64,000 nucleotides of DNA from Enterobacteria phage RB18. Of this stretch, positions 36,790 to 48,182 are shown in pieces. The stretch lies in sequence record NC_054906.1; one strand, given 5' to 3'. Every line of letters begins with the position of its first letter. The stretch's first letter is position 1. The notes beneath the pieces are model-generated. The model did no database searches. It had not been told where the DNA came from and saw nothing but the letters and a program-made list of their open reading frames with translations. Both the position numbers and the translations under genes were made by a program.

Positions 36790-36879
36790 CTGGCGGAGGC
36801 GATAGGATTTGAACCTATGAGTCGCCGGAGCGACTGCCGGTTTTCAAGACCGGTGCATTAAACCACTCTGCCACGCCTC
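36790..36879 (-). tRNA. tRNA-Ser (anticodon UGA), long variable arm
   Basis: 90 nt; anticodon loop CUUGAAA; long variable stem-loop. Confidence 0.8.
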
Positions 36880-36886
36880 CAAATAT

Positions 36887-37537
36887 TTATATATTGTTAA
36901 TTTGATTTAGAATTCTTTTTGCTTGAGTATGACTTACGCCAATATGCTTAGCATATTTAGACAATTCGCCACGTTTAGAAAAATCATATAATTTAGAAAT
37001 TTCTATTCTTCTTTTTCTTTCATCCGCAGAAACTTTTGCTTCGTTCGCTTTTGCTATTTTACGTTTAGCTTCTTGAGAATGAGTTTTACCAGCAAAGCCA
37101 TTCTTCATTAATCCATTTGAAGACCATCCTTTTAATTTTCCGTTAGAATGTGCCTTTTTAACACCCAATGAAATTAATTCGCGCTGCTGATCTGTCATAG
37201 GATAATTATTTATATGGTCCCATCCACCTTCACCTCCAAGTTTTAAATTATACACATCTGGTCTATTTAAAAACTCTTCTGTGACAATATTTTTCTCGGC
37301 TTCAAGCATAGATTCTTTATCGTCAAAATACTCTAATATTTCTTTAGAAAAATTTTCTATACCATATTTATCTTGGGCTCTTTTTAATAATTTACCAGAA
37401 CCCATATATCCATCATCTAAATTTTCGGTAGAATGCACACCAATATAAATTTTATTATTAATTTTATTTGTTATTTTATAAAGATAAAAATGCATATCAG
37501 TCCCTAATAAAGAACTGAGCGTCTCACGACGAGTCAT
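36887..37537 (-). CDS. segB: GIY-YIG homing endonuclease SegB-like
   Basis: GIY-YIG motif FYLYKITNKINNKIYIGVHS; inserted between tRNA-Gly and tRNA-Ser; the true start may be the internal ATG at 37495. Confidence 0.7.
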   Translation of the reverse strand: MTRRETLSSLLGTDMHFYLYKITNKINNKIYIGVHSTENLDDGYMGSGKLLKRAQDKYGIENFSKEILEYFDDKESMLEAEKNIVTEEFLNRPDVYNLKLGGEGGWDHINNYPMTDQQRELISLGVKKAHSNGKLKGWSSNGLMKNGFAGKTHSQEAKRKIAKANEAKVSADERKRRIEISKLYDFSKRGELSKYAKHIGVSHTQAKRILNQINNI

Positions 37538-37541
37538 AAAT

Positions 37542-37615
<74 letters not shown>

Positions 37616-37620
37616 AAATT

Positions 37621-37707
37621 TGGTGCGAGAAGTGGGACTCGAACCCACAAGGAAATCATTCCGCAGCATTTTAAGTGCTGTGCCTTTACCAATTTGACCA
37701 TTCTCGC
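37621..37707 (-). tRNA. tRNA-Leu (anticodon UAA), long variable arm
   Basis: 87 nt; anticodon loop CUUAAAA; type-II variable arm. Confidence 0.8.
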
Positions 37708-37708
37708 G

Positions 37709-37781
37709 CTGGGAATAAAGGACTCGAACCTTTGCATCCTGGAATCAAAATCCAGTGCCTTACCAACTTGGCTAATTCCCA
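37709..37781 (-). tRNA. tRNA-Gln (anticodon UUG); CCA not encoded, abuts tRNA-Leu
   Basis: 73 nt; U1-A72 acceptor TGGGAAT/ATTCCCA; anticodon loop UUUUGAU. Confidence 0.75.
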
Positions 37782-37867
37782 ATTATTAACAAAGGCTCTC
37801 AAATAAGAGCCCTTGATGATAGAGGGTATTAATCAGTGCGGTATGAGTTAATAATAACAAATAATTC

Positions 37868-38392
37868 TTAAAGCAAATTAAACATTTTAACGGTCGGCAA
37901 AACAATTTCTTTTTCTATATAAGAGTATTTAACACTCTCAACTACGCGCAGAAAATCATAATCATAATATTCAGAAGCACTGCCTAAAATATTAATAAGT
38001 CCTTCAAGCACTTTATTACAATTCACAAAGAATAAGTCAAATACACGTTCTTCATCTTCTTCAGATTTATTACCAAGGTCAACTTCTATATCAAAGACCT
38101 TTTTAATGAATTCTGGATAAAGCTGGTCTGAGAACAGTCCTTCAACCAAGTATTCATAGATAAAAAGCGATTGCTCGCTGAACAAGCCATTACCACAATA
38201 ACGTTCAGCTTTAGTACTAGAATGTCTGCTTTTAAACTTCTTTAAAAGATATTGGAACTGTAAGATTTCATGCTCTTCTACGCCAAACAGTGTTTTAGTT
38301 TTATAGTTGTCACCATCATTTTCCCAGGTAGTGACATCAATTACGTAACCCTGCGGAATTGTAGTACCTAAACAAATATTCATTTTCACCAC
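37868..38392 (-). CDS. Hypothetical protein
   Basis: 174-aa ORF. Confidence 0.5.
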   Translation of the reverse strand: MVKMNICLGTTIPQGYVIDVTTWENDGDNYKTKTLFGVEEHEILQFQYLLKKFKSRHSSTKAERYCGNGLFSEQSLFIYEYLVEGLFSDQLYPEFIKKVFDIEVDLGNKSEEDEERVFDLFFVNCNKVLEGLINILGSASEYYDYDFLRVVESVKYSYIEKEIVLPTVKMFNLL

Positions 38393-38682
38393 GCTGCATT
38401 AATATAAGTATATTTAATACATTCAAGACTTAAAGGATTCTTGAAAATATCATATTCAAGAGGACCTTTTTCTGTTTCAATAAAGAAATCAAAATTTACT
38501 GTATTAAATTTACGGTCTTCCTTCACTAATTTAACCTGAGAAGATGAACGGTCAATGTAAACCTTTTCAACTTCAAAACATGTTAAAATGCCATAATCAT
38601 CAATCAAGGCTTTAGCTGCTTCTTGATCATATTTATATCCATTTTCAATGGACGATACTTTCGCATAAAGTATCATTATCAA
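38386..38682 (-). CDS. Hypothetical protein
   Basis: 98-aa ORF. Confidence 0.45.
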   Translation of the reverse strand: MIMILYAKVSSIENGYKYDQEAAKALIDDYGILTCFEVEKVYIDRSSSQVKLVKEDRKFNTVNFDFFIETEKGPLEYDIFKNPLSLECIKYTYINAAW

Positions 38683-39089
38683 CCTCTATCAACAATAGCA
38701 TGAGTATGGGCATTTACGATTTGCCACCAGTCGAAACGATTGGAACCATAATCTGGTTTATTTTCATTTTCTTTAATGATATCACGCAGTTTATCTTCTG
38801 TTTCAGCATACGCAATTAAATCATCATATCCACCGCAAGGATAATAATTATCACCTGCGAATAAAAGAAAATTTACCTTAGATGGATTTACGTAATAATG
38901 GTCTTTAGGATATTTAGTTCCTCTCCAATCAGTTACTTCAACATAACGGTAAGAAAATCCATTTTTACTTTCAATCCAACTCCACGCTTCAAAAGGAGTA
39001 TTAAAAACTTTATCAGGTATTAAATTACCTTCAAAATGAGAAGGATTTGCATAATCCCCGGCATAAACATAATATTCGTTAATACTCAT
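38679..39089 (-). CDS. Hypothetical protein
   Basis: 136-aa ORF rich in aromatic residues. Confidence 0.5.
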   Translation of the reverse strand: MSINEYYVYAGDYANPSHFEGNLIPDKVFNTPFEAWSWIESKNGFSYRYVEVTDWRGTKYPKDHYYVNPSKVNFLLFAGDNYYPCGGYDDLIAYAETEDKLRDIIKENENKPDYGSNRFDWWQIVNAHTHAIVDRG

Positions 39090-39275
39090 TTATTCACCTT
39101 TAGAAATTTTATCCATAACGATAGCGATTAAACCAATTAAAAATGCTACTACAAGCGAAAACACATTTTCTGCTGTAGTTAATAATCCGCATATAAATCC
39201 AACAAACATTGAAAAACTAAAAGCGGAAGCAGAAATTGCAATAGCAACATTTCGAATTAATTCACAACGTTTCAT
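39090..39275 (-). CDS. Small membrane protein
   Basis: 61 aa with two hydrophobic segments. Confidence 0.45.
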   Translation of the reverse strand: MKRCELIRNVAIAISASAFSFSMFVGFICGLLTTAENVFSLVVAFLIGLIAIVMDKISKGE

Positions 39276-39301
39276 TTTATTCTCCTCGGTAGTTGATAGG
39301 G

Positions 39302-39331
39302 TAATAGTATCACTACCCTATCTAAAAGTAA
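39302..39331 (-). promoter_or_regulatory. Early promoter (variant leader)
   Basis: GTTTAC (39326-39331), 18-nt spacer, TGATACTAT, leader TACCCTATCAACTACCGAGGAG. Confidence 0.5.
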
Positions 39332-39333
39332 AC

Positions 39334-39567
39334 TTATTTTTTACGAAAAATTGATTTATATTTATCAGCCCATTTCTCAATGACTTTTGCCGGGCCATAG
39401 ATAACAAAGTAATCGCCAAACTCTTCACCACCGAGTTGACCGAAATCATCTAATGCATCACGAAGAACTCCATGAGGCATTTCACCCATTTTATCTTTCT
39501 TGCCAGTGTAAATAAACTCAACTTTTACATCAGCAGTTTCAGCAATAAATTCTTGATACGTTTTCAT
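39334..39567 (-). CDS. Internal (capsid-packaged) protein candidate at the ipI locus
   Basis: 77 aa from ATG 39567 (RBS GGAGAA), beginning with the exact T4-type targeting leader MKTYQEFIAE; the body is short and acidic. Confidence 0.6.
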   Translation of the reverse strand: MKTYQEFIAETADVKVEFIYTGKKDKMGEMPHGVLRDALDDFGQLGGEEFGDYFVIYGPAKVIEKWADKYKSIFRKK

Positions 39568-39607
39568 TTTGTTCTCCAATTTCACATTTGTTTTGATAGG
39601 GTAATAG

Positions 39608-39637
39608 TATCACTACTAAAACCCCATGTAAACAACT
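39608..39637 (-). promoter_or_regulatory. Early promoter upstream of the ipI-locus gene
   Basis: GTTTAC (39632-39637), 18-nt spacer, TGATACTAT. Confidence 0.5.
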
Positions 39638-39645
39638 TTGTGAAA

Positions 39646-40330
<685 letters not shown>

Positions 40331-40331
<1 letters not shown>

Positions 40332-41056
40332 TATAGTACCTTTAGTGTATTTTTAATTTTAGAAAAAAGTTCTTCAAGAGAACCATCGTTTGTAATTACT
40401 AAATCGCCATCACGAATTGGCAATCCAGCTTCTGTAATATGAGTATCATTGGATTTTTGACCAGGACGAACTACATGAATTACTGTAGCACCCATCGCCC
40501 TAGCCGCATCCATTTCATGATCTTGACGAGTATCAGGAACGATATAATAATCATAACCTGAGTTAAATTTATCAAGATAATCTAAAGCAAATAATTTTAC
40601 CCAGTACATGCGGTCGAAGTTATTAACAATCAAATCCGTACCTAGGGCTTGCATCAGACGACGGACTGACCATTGATCTTCAATATTATTTATAACGTCA
40701 GTAATTTTGTTAAATGCTACGAAATTAACTGATTCTTTTCCTTCGTCATCAAAAACAAACACACCTTTAATTGGGCTTTTACCATTAAGATAGCAAAATG
40801 CTTGTTCCATAATCGTGATTACTTCTAATTTAGTCAGATTTAAATTAGTCTCACGATCATAGTCAATTCCTTCAAACTCTTTACGAGTTAAGCAAGGATA
40901 GTCAGTGTTTGCTGCAAATACTCCCCATGCATAAGCCAATGCATCCTTAATAGGACCAGCAAGTTGATATTTAACTGCAGAATAATTGCTCATGATAAAA
41001 TCAGCAGTAGTATCTTTTCCACTACGCTTTACACCGCTTAAAAAGATTAGTTTCAT
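40331..41056 (-). CDS. 1: Deoxynucleoside monophosphate kinase gp1
   Basis: 241 aa from ATG 41056, MKLIFLSGVKRSGKDTTADFI... with P-loop. Confidence 0.85.
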
Positions 41057-41105
41057 GTGTTTCTCCTCAAATTTAATTAAAATTATAACACACAAAACTG
41101 AAGCA

Positions 41106-41636
41106 TTAAACTTCTGCTATAATTTTTCCATCTTTTTCTACTTGAAAATAGGTGTAAGGAATCGTTGCTGTACATACTAAAGCCGGGTCTGAATCTTCCG
41201 TATAGCTAAATTCTACTTCAGATAGGTCAGAAACCCAAGGCTTATAAAAATTTATTGACATCACGATTTCAGTTTTGCTATTATCTAAGATGTAAAGCGT
41301 AATGTACTCAGGACCTGTTTTTTGGGCAGTATTTTCACCTGTAAGATAGTTGCTAGTTCCTAGCATCCATTCATACATTCCTATCCATGACTTAAGTTCT
41401 TCATCAACTATAAATCTCACGATGAGTGGATCATACTCGAATGTAACACCAGGACGTTGTGCTCGGCCCAGTCCAAACGGCCCAGTCACGGTATCAGTAA
41501 CAGGTATTCTAATTCCTGGAATAGGAACTGACTGAGCATTTAAAGTAAAAGCAGATGTAGTATTACTGTGCGGTATTGATACTACAAAGTTAGTTGTATT
41601 TGCTTGGTTAAAAATTTGTTGCAGAGCTTGCGACAT
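41106..41636 (-). CDS. 3: Tail completion / sheath stabiliser gp3
   Basis: 176 aa from ATG 41636; length and position match T4 gp3. Confidence 0.75.
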   Translation of the reverse strand: MSQALQQIFNQANTTNFVVSIPHSNTTSAFTLNAQSVPIPGIRIPVTDTVTGPFGLGRAQRPGVTFEYDPLIVRFIVDEELKSWIGMYEWMLGTSNYLTGENTAQKTGPEYITLYILDNSKTEIVMSINFYKPWVSDLSEVEFSYTEDSDPALVCTATIPYTYFQVEKDGKIIAEV

Positions 41637-41742
41637 ATATTCCTCATAATGCTTTATAACTGTTGGTGGTATAATGGGTCTAAGTCCCTTCCATTCAATT
41701 CCATTTAGAACAAACAATAGAAAAGAATGGAAGATAATAGAA

Positions 41743-42567
41743 TTAGATATTTGACCAGACTTTGTTTGCAGAGAAACGTTTTCCTTTTGAAACGAACTGC
41801 TGAAGTGGCATTAACACAACGTTCGCCCAGTCTTTCGGGGCGATTTCAACAAGGCTACCCATAATATTACCAGGTATATATGCCTTAATCATTTGGTCTG
41901 CACCCCTAAATCCTTTCACTTGACTCCAATCAATTTTTAATTTCGTTTTATTAGTAATAGTAGGTGTATTTGCATATTGCTTTAAAAGCTCTTCTAGGAA
42001 TTGCTGACGAGCTTTAGGTGGAATATAGTGCAAGTTTAATCCGTACATTAAATTATGCTTACCTAAACCAAGGTAAATTACCAAAGGAAATTTATCCCAA
42101 TAAGGAAGAGTTTCCTTGTGTTTAGCATCATAAGCAAAAGCATATATTCGTCCCGGCTGCGGGCGAACAACTTTATGTCCTTTTACTTGCTTAATAGTTT
42201 CAGCAAACCATTTTCTGGTTTTATTATTAATTGCTGCGCCTTCATTACGAATTTTATCGCGCAATGTTTGTCTGAATGAATTTATCATAAGCAGTTGTCT
42301 TTCTTGCTTATTGAGCTTATTCATTGGTTTTGATTCAAGCTTTTGAATCTTTTCAGCCGTTTTAATTCCTGAAGCATATTTTGACATTGCCGAAGTAAAC
42401 GTAGAGTATTTGATTCCTCTTTCTTCAGCAAATTGTTTTCCTGTCATTCCTTTTGCTTTGGCCTTTTTATATTCAAGACCTATTTGAATCCATTTCTTTT
42501 CGTTTAATGATTGCTTAACCTTTGGAACTTGGGGAGTGCTTTCATTAATTATTTGAAAAATAGCCAT
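41743..42567 (-). CDS. 2: DNA end-protector protein gp2
   Basis: 274 aa; length and position as T4 gp2; overlaps gene 4. Confidence 0.8.
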   Translation of the reverse strand: MAIFQIINESTPQVPKVKQSLNEKKWIQIGLEYKKAKAKGMTGKQFAEERGIKYSTFTSAMSKYASGIKTAEKIQKLESKPMNKLNKQERQLLMINSFRQTLRDKIRNEGAAINNKTRKWFAETIKQVKGHKVVRPQPGRIYAFAYDAKHKETLPYWDKFPLVIYLGLGKHNLMYGLNLHYIPPKARQQFLEELLKQYANTPTITNKTKLKIDWSQVKGFRGADQMIKAYIPGNIMGSLVEIAPKDWANVVLMPLQQFVSKGKRFSANKVWSNI

Positions 42568-43019
42568 TATGCCCCCTTAAAGCCAAGAGCTCGTAATCCA
42601 TCTTCTGTTAGAATTCTAAATTTTATTCCACGCTTTTCAGCTAAAGATTGTGCTGCTTTCCATTTATCAGTGTTCACAGACCAGGTATAAATTTCATTCA
42701 TAAATCTTTTCTTCGCTGCGGTTGTTAGATGTGCTGGTTTAACTGGTGGTTGTGTTTCTTTTTTAGGTTTTATTTCAATAAAAAATTCTTGTCCAGAAGA
42801 ATCTTTCATCCAAATATCCATGAAGTATCTACGTTTTTTCCCTTCTGCATTACAAAAATAAGGAATTACTGCTGTTTCACTACCCCATGCAATAATTTCT
42901 GGATTTTTATCTAACCATTCAAAAAAGAATTTTTCCCAATTTGATCTATACGTAATTTTTTTAGGGTCACCTCTATACTTTGATATATTTTTAGGAACCC
43001 ATTTTCCAGAATATGCCAT
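42567..43019 (-). CDS. 4: Head completion protein gp4
   Basis: 150 aa; late promoter TATAAATA upstream on the minus strand. Confidence 0.8.
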   Translation of the reverse strand: MAYSGKWVPKNISKYRGDPKKITYRSNWEKFFFEWLDKNPEIIAWGSETAVIPYFCNAEGKKRRYFMDIWMKDSSGQEFFIEIKPKKETQPPVKPAHLTTAAKKRFMNEIYTWSVNTDKWKAAQSLAEKRGIKFRILTEDGLRALGFKGA

Positions 43020-43030
43020 TGGATTCTCCT

Positions 43031-43038
43031 TATAAATA
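43031..43038 (+). promoter_or_regulatory. Late promoter (TATAAATA) for gene 53
   Basis: Plus-strand TATAAATA about 30 nt upstream of the gene 53 ATG. Confidence 0.6.
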
Positions 43039-43045
43039 GATAATA

Positions 43046-43053
43046 TATTTATA
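43046..43053 (-). promoter_or_regulatory. Late promoter (TATAAATA) for gene 4, divergent from the gene 53 promoter
   Basis: Minus-strand TATAAATA about 27 nt upstream of the gene 4 ATG. Confidence 0.55.
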
Positions 43054-43066
43054 AACAGGAGGGCCC

Positions 43067-43657
43067 ATGCTCTTTACATTTTTTGATCCGATTGAATATG
43101 CGGCCAAAACGGTGAATAAAAACGCGCCGACTATTCCTATGACAGATATTTTTAGAAACTATAAAGACTATTTTAAACGCGCTCTTGCGGGATACCGCTT
43201 ACGTACTTATTATATTAAAGGTTCACCACGCCCGGAAGAATTAGCAAATACTATATATGGAAATCCACAGTTGTATTGGGTTTTATTGATGTGTAATGAT
43301 AATTATGATCCATATTATGGATGGATTACTTCACAAGAAGCTGCTTATCAAGCATCTATACAAAAATACAAAAATGTAGGTGGAGACCAAATAGTATATC
43401 ATGTGAATGAGAATGGTGAAAAATTTTATAATTTAATATCATACGATGATAATCCATATGTTTGGTATGATAAAGGCGATAAAGCTAGAAAATATCCTCA
43501 ATATGAAGGAGCACTTGCTGCGGTCGATACGTATGAAGCGGCTGTTCTTGAAAATGAAAAACTTCGTCAAATAAAAATAATAGCAAAATCAGACATTAAT
43601 TCATTTATGAACGACCTTATACGTATAATGGAGAAATCTTATGGAAATGATAAGTAA
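43067..43657 (+). CDS. 53: Baseplate wedge protein gp53
   Basis: 196 aa; late promoter at 43031-43038; first gene of the plus-strand baseplate operon. Confidence 0.85.
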   Translation: MLFTFFDPIEYAAKTVNKNAPTIPMTDIFRNYKDYFKRALAGYRLRTYYIKGSPRPEELANTIYGNPQLYWVLLMCNDNYDPYYGWITSQEAAYQASIQKYKNVGGDQIVYHVNENGEKFYNLISYDDNPYVWYDKGDKARKYPQYEGALAAVDTYEAAVLENEKLRQIKIIAKSDINSFMNDLIRIMEKSYGNDK

Positions 43658-45368
43658 TAACCTTAATTGGTTTGTTGGTGTTGTTGAAGATAGAATGGAC
43701 CCATTAAAATTAGGTCGTGTTCGTGTTCGTGTGGTTGGTCTACATCCACCTCAAAGAGCACAAGGTGATGTAATGGGTATTCCAACTGAAAAATTACCAT
43801 GGATGTCAGTTATTCAACCTATAACTTCTGCAGCGATGTCAGGAATTGGAGGTTCTGTTACAGGGCCAGTAGAAGGAACTAGAGTTTATGGTCATTTTTT
43901 AGACAAATGGAAAACTAATGGAATTGTCCTTGGCACGTATGGTGGAATAGTTCGCGAAAAACCGAATAGACTTGAAGGATTTTCTGATCCAACTGGGCAA
44001 TATCCTAGACGTTTAGGAAATGATACGAACGTATTAAACCAAGGCGGAGAAGTAGGATATGATTCCTCTTCTAACGTTATTCAAGATAGTAACTTAGACA
44101 CCGCAATAAATCCCGATGATAGACCACTATCAGAGATTCCAACCGATGATAATCCAAATATGTCAATGGCTGAAATGCTTCGCCGTGATGAAGGATTAAG
44201 ATTAAAAGTTTATTGGGATACCGAAGGATATCCGACAATTGGTATTGGTCATCTTATCATGAAGCAGCCAGTTCGTGATATGGCTCAAATTAATAAAGTT
44301 TTATCAAAACAAGTTGGTCGTGAAATTACAGGAAATCCAGGTTCTATTACAATGGAAGAGGCGACGACTTTATTTGAGCGTGATTTGGCTGATATGCAAC
44401 GTGACATTAAATCGCATTCTAAAGTAGGACCAGTCTGGCAAGCTGTTAACCGTTCTCGTCAAATGGCATTAGAAAATATGGCATTTCAGATGGGTGTTGG
44501 TGGTGTAGCTAAATTTAACACAATGTTAACTGCTATGTTAGCAGGAGACTGGGAAAAAGCATATAAAGCCGGTCGTGATTCATTGTGGTATCAACAAACA
44601 AAGGGTCGTGCATCCCGTGTTACCATGATTATTCTTACGGGAAATTTGGAATCATATGGTGTTGAAGTGAAAACACCAGCTAGGTCTTTATCTGCAATGG
44701 CTGCTACTGTAGCTAAATCTTCTGACCCTGCTGATCCTCCTATTCCAAATGACTCGAGAATTTTATTCAAAGAACCAGTTTCTTCATATAAAGGTGAGTA
44801 TCCTTATGTGCATACGATGGAAACTGAAAGTGGACATATCCAAGAATTTGATGATACCCCTGGGCAAGAACGATACAGATTAGTTCATCCAACTGGAACT
44901 TATGAAGAAGTATCACCGTCAGGAAGAAGAACAAGAAAAACTGTTGATAATTTGTATGATATAACAAATGCTGATGGTAATTTTTTGGTAGCCGGTGATA
45001 AAAAGACTAACGTCGGTGGATCAGAAATTTATTACAACATGGATAATCGTTTACATCAAATCGATGGAAGCAATACAATATTTGTACGTGGCGATGAAAC
45101 TAAGACGGTTGAAGGTAATGGAACTATCCTAGTTAAAGGTAATGTTACTATTGTAGTTGAAGGTAATGCTGACATTACAGTTAAAGGAGATGCTACCACT
45201 TTAGTTGAAGGTAATCAAACTAATACAGTAAATGGAAATCTTTCTTGGAAAGTTGCTGGGACAGTTGATTGGGACGTTGGTGGTGATTGGACAGAAAAAA
45301 TGGCATCTATGAGTTCTATTTCATCTGGTCAATACACAATTGATGGATCGAGGATTGACATTGGCTAA
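43641..45368 (+). CDS. 5: Baseplate hub / tail lysozyme gp5
   Basis: 575 aa; internal lysozyme domain MAEMLRRDEGLRLKVYWDTEGYPTIGIGHL; C-terminal beta-helix repeats VEGN/VKGN. Confidence 0.9.
   Translation: MEMISNNLNWFVGVVEDRMDPLKLGRVRVRVVGLHPPQRAQGDVMGIPTEKLPWMSVIQPITSAAMSGIGGSVTGPVEGTRVYGHFLDKWKTNGIVLGTYGGIVREKPNRLEGFSDPTGQYPRRLGNDTNVLNQGGEVGYDSSSNVIQDSNLDTAINPDDRPLSEIPTDDNPNMSMAEMLRRDEGLRLKVYWDTEGYPTIGIGHLIMKQPVRDMAQINKVLSKQVGREITGNPGSITMEEATTLFERDLADMQRDIKSHSKVGPVWQAVNRSRQMALENMAFQMGVGGVAKFNTMLTAMLAGDWEKAYKAGRDSLWYQQTKGRASRVTMIILTGNLESYGVEVKTPARSLSAMAATVAKSSDPADPPIPNDSRILFKEPVSSYKGEYPYVHTMETESGHIQEFDDTPGQERYRLVHPTGTYEEVSPSGRRTRKTVDNLYDITNADGNFLVAGDKKTNVGGSEIYYNMDNRLHQIDGSNTIFVRGDETKTVEGNGTILVKGNVTIVVEGNADITVKGDATTLVEGNQTNTVNGNLSWKVAGTVDWDVGGDWTEKMASMSSISSGQYTIDGSRIDIG
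45100..45290 (+). repeat. In-frame octapeptide repeats encoding the gp5 C-terminal beta-helix
   Basis: Repeated GGTAATG/GAAGGTAAT units giving VEGNGTIL / VKGNVTIV / VEGNADIT / VKGDATTL / VEGNQTNT. Confidence 0.6.
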
Positions 45369-45402
45369 TATACTTCCAATGAGCGCTGATTTAGGAGAAT
45401 CC

Positions 45403-45897
45403 ATGGAAGGTTCTTCTATCGACGTCACCTTTACCGCTCAATTAGAAACAGGTGAAACGTTAGTATCTATAAATATAACTAGTTACGAAGAAACTCCTGG
45501 GGTTTTAGTAGAAGAAAATCGCTTATATGGAACATATGAATCTGTGTTTGGATTTGGAGATGACGCGTTGAAATATCGTTTAGGCGATGAATTTAAAACT
45601 GCTGCTTCATGGGAAGAACTTCCTACTGATTCTGATACTCAGTTGTATTTGTGGAAAGCTCCTCAAAATCTCCAGAAGACATTCACTTACGAAGTAACAT
45701 TAATATATGACTACCAAGAACAAAGTGAATCTGGAGGTTCTGGCAGTAATTCTAGGTCATCTTCTGATACTACTGAACCGACGGATCCTCCTGCTCCAGT
45801 AAGAAAAACTCTCGTTAAAAATTATACTAAAACTATAGTTGGAAATTGGAGTCGTTGGGCTAATAAATTGAGAAGCTATGTGTATGAGAGGCCATAA
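45403..45897 (+). CDS. 5.1: Hypothetical protein gp5.1
   Basis: 164 aa from ATG 45403 (RBS AGGAG); between gene 5 and 5.4. Confidence 0.5.
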
Positions 45898-46191
45898 ATG
45901 TCAGGATTAAGTTATGATAAGTGTGTTACTGCTGGCCATGAAGCGTGGCCTCCAACAGTTGTGAATGCTACACAAAGTAAAGTATTCACTGGAGGAATTG
46001 CTGTTCTAGTAGCAGGCGATCCAATTACAGAACATACAGAAATTAAAAAGCCATATGAAACACATGGCGGAGTGACACAACCCAGAACTTCTAAGGTATA
46101 TGTCACTGGAAAGAAAGCTGTTCAAATGGCTGATCCAATATCATGCGGTGATACTGTGGCTCAGGCATCATCTAAAGTATTCATTAAATAG
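45898..46191 (+). CDS. 5.4: PAAR-repeat spike-tip protein gp5.4
   Basis: 97 aa; small Gly-rich beta protein directly after 5.1, as in T4. Confidence 0.7.
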
Positions 46192-46199
46192 GATTTAAA

Positions 46200-48182
46200 A
46201 TGGCAAATACCCCTGTAAATTATCAATTAACAAGAACAGCAAATGCTATTCCCGAGATATTCGTCGGGGGTACGTTTGCTGAAATAAAACAAAACCTCAT
46301 TGAATGGCTTAATGGCCAAAATGAATTTTTGGATTATGATTTTGAAGGCTCAAGATTAAACGTTCTGTGTGACCTTTTAGCTTATAATACATTATACATT
46401 CAGCAGTTTGGTAATGCTGCTGTGTATGAAAGCTTTATGCGTACTGCTAACTTACGAAGTTCAGTTGTTCAAGCTGCACAAGATAACGGATATTTACCTA
46501 CTTCAAAATCCGCTGCGCAGACCGAAATTATGTTAACATGCACCGACGCATTGAATAGGAATTACATTACAATTCCTCGCGGAACTCGCTTTTTAGCATA
46601 TGCAAAAGATACTTCTGTTAATCCATACAACTTCGTTTCTACCGAAGACGTTATTGCTATTCGTGATAAAAATAACCAATATTTTCCGCGTTTAAAATTG
46701 GCCCAGGGACGTATAGTAAGAACTGAAATCATTTATGATAAATTAACACCTATTATCATTTATGATAAAAATATTGATAGAAACCAGGTTAAATTATATG
46801 TTGATGGAGCGGAATGGATTAACTGGACGAGAAAGTCAATGGTTCATGCTGGTTCAACATCAACGATTTACTATATGCGTGAAACTATTGATGGAAACAC
46901 TGAATTCTATTTTGGCGAAGGTGAAATTTCTGTTAATGCTTCTGAAGGAGCTTTGACCGCTAATTATATCGGAGGTCTTAAACCTACCCAGAACTCTACG
47001 ATTGTTATTGAGTACATCAGTACTAACGGTGCAGATGCGAATGGCGCAGTCGGATTTTCATATGCAGATACATTAACAAATATAACTGTCATCAATATTA
47101 ATGAAAATCCAAACGACGACCCAGATTTTGTCGGAGCAGATGGCGGCGGTGATCCAGAAGATATTGAACGTATTCGTGAATTGGGTACTATTAAGCGTGA
47201 AACTCAGCAGCGATGTGTAACTGCGACAGATTATGATACATTTGTCTCAGAAAGATTTGGTTCTATTATTCAAGCCGTTCAGACTTTCACTGATTCTACT
47301 AAACCTGGTTATGCATTTATTGCTGCTAAACCTAAATCAGGATTGTATTTAACTACTGTGCAGCGTGAAGATATTAAAAATTATCTCAAAGATTATAATT
47401 TAGCACCTATTACGCCATCAATTATTTCTCCTAATTATCTTTTCATTAAGACTAATTTAAAAGTCACATATGCTTTAAATAAGCTGCAAGAATCTGAACA
47501 GTGGCTTGAAGGTCAAATAATTGATAAAATTGACCGCTATTATACTGAAGATGTAGAAATTTTTAACTCATCTTTCGCTAAGTCTAAGATGTTAACTTAT
47601 GTAGATGATGCAGATCATTCTATCATTGGTTCATCAGCGACTATTCAAATGGTTCGTGAAGTACAAAACTTCTATAAAACGCCTGAAGCGGGTATTAAAT
47701 ACAATAATCAAATAAAAGATCGTTCTATGGAATCTAATACGTTTTCATTTAATTCTGGACGAAAGGTTGTAAATCCTGATACTGGTTTAGAAGAAGATGT
47801 ATTATATGACGTTCGTATAGTATCAACAGACCGAGATTCTAAAGGAATTGGTAAAGTTATTATTGGTCCATTTGCTTCTGGCGATGTTACAGAAAATGAA
47901 AACATTCAGCCGTATACAGGCAACGATTTTAACAAATTAGCAAATTCTGATGGACGCGACAAATATTATGTTATCGGTGAAATAAATTATCCAGCTGACA
48001 TGATTTATTGGAATATCGCTAAAATTAATTTAACATCTGAAAAATTTGAAGTTCAGACTATTGAATTATATTCTGACCCAACCGATGATGTTATCTTTAC
48101 TCGCGATGGTTCACTGATTGTATTTGAAAATGACTTACGTCCACAATACTTAACTATCGATTTGGAGCCTATATCACAATGA
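46200..48182 (+). CDS. 6: Baseplate wedge protein gp6
   Basis: 660 aa; length and order as T4. Confidence 0.9.
   Translation: MANTPVNYQLTRTANAIPEIFVGGTFAEIKQNLIEWLNGQNEFLDYDFEGSRLNVLCDLLAYNTLYIQQFGNAAVYESFMRTANLRSSVVQAAQDNGYLPTSKSAAQTEIMLTCTDALNRNYITIPRGTRFLAYAKDTSVNPYNFVSTEDVIAIRDKNNQYFPRLKLAQGRIVRTEIIYDKLTPIIIYDKNIDRNQVKLYVDGAEWINWTRKSMVHAGSTSTIYYMRETIDGNTEFYFGEGEISVNASEGALTANYIGGLKPTQNSTIVIEYISTNGADANGAVGFSYADTLTNITVININENPNDDPDFVGADGGGDPEDIERIRELGTIKRETQQRCVTATDYDTFVSERFGSIIQAVQTFTDSTKPGYAFIAAKPKSGLYLTTVQREDIKNYLKDYNLAPITPSIISPNYLFIKTNLKVTYALNKLQESEQWLEGQIIDKIDRYYTEDVEIFNSSFAKSKMLTYVDDADHSIIGSSATIQMVREVQNFYKTPEAGIKYNNQIKDRSMESNTFSFNSGRKVVNPDTGLEEDVLYDVRIVSTDRDSKGIGKVIIGPFASGDVTENENIQPYTGNDFNKLANSDGRDKYYVIGEINYPADMIYWNIAKINLTSEKFEVQTIELYSDPTDDVIFTRDGSLIVFENDLRPQYLTIDLEPISQ

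Noticed and set aside
45100-45290. Short tandem DNA repeats that might suggest a CRISPR-like or VNTR array
   Set aside because: The repeats are in frame within gene 5 and encode its beta-helix octapeptide repeats. No CRISPR-type repeat-spacer array exists anywhere in the window.
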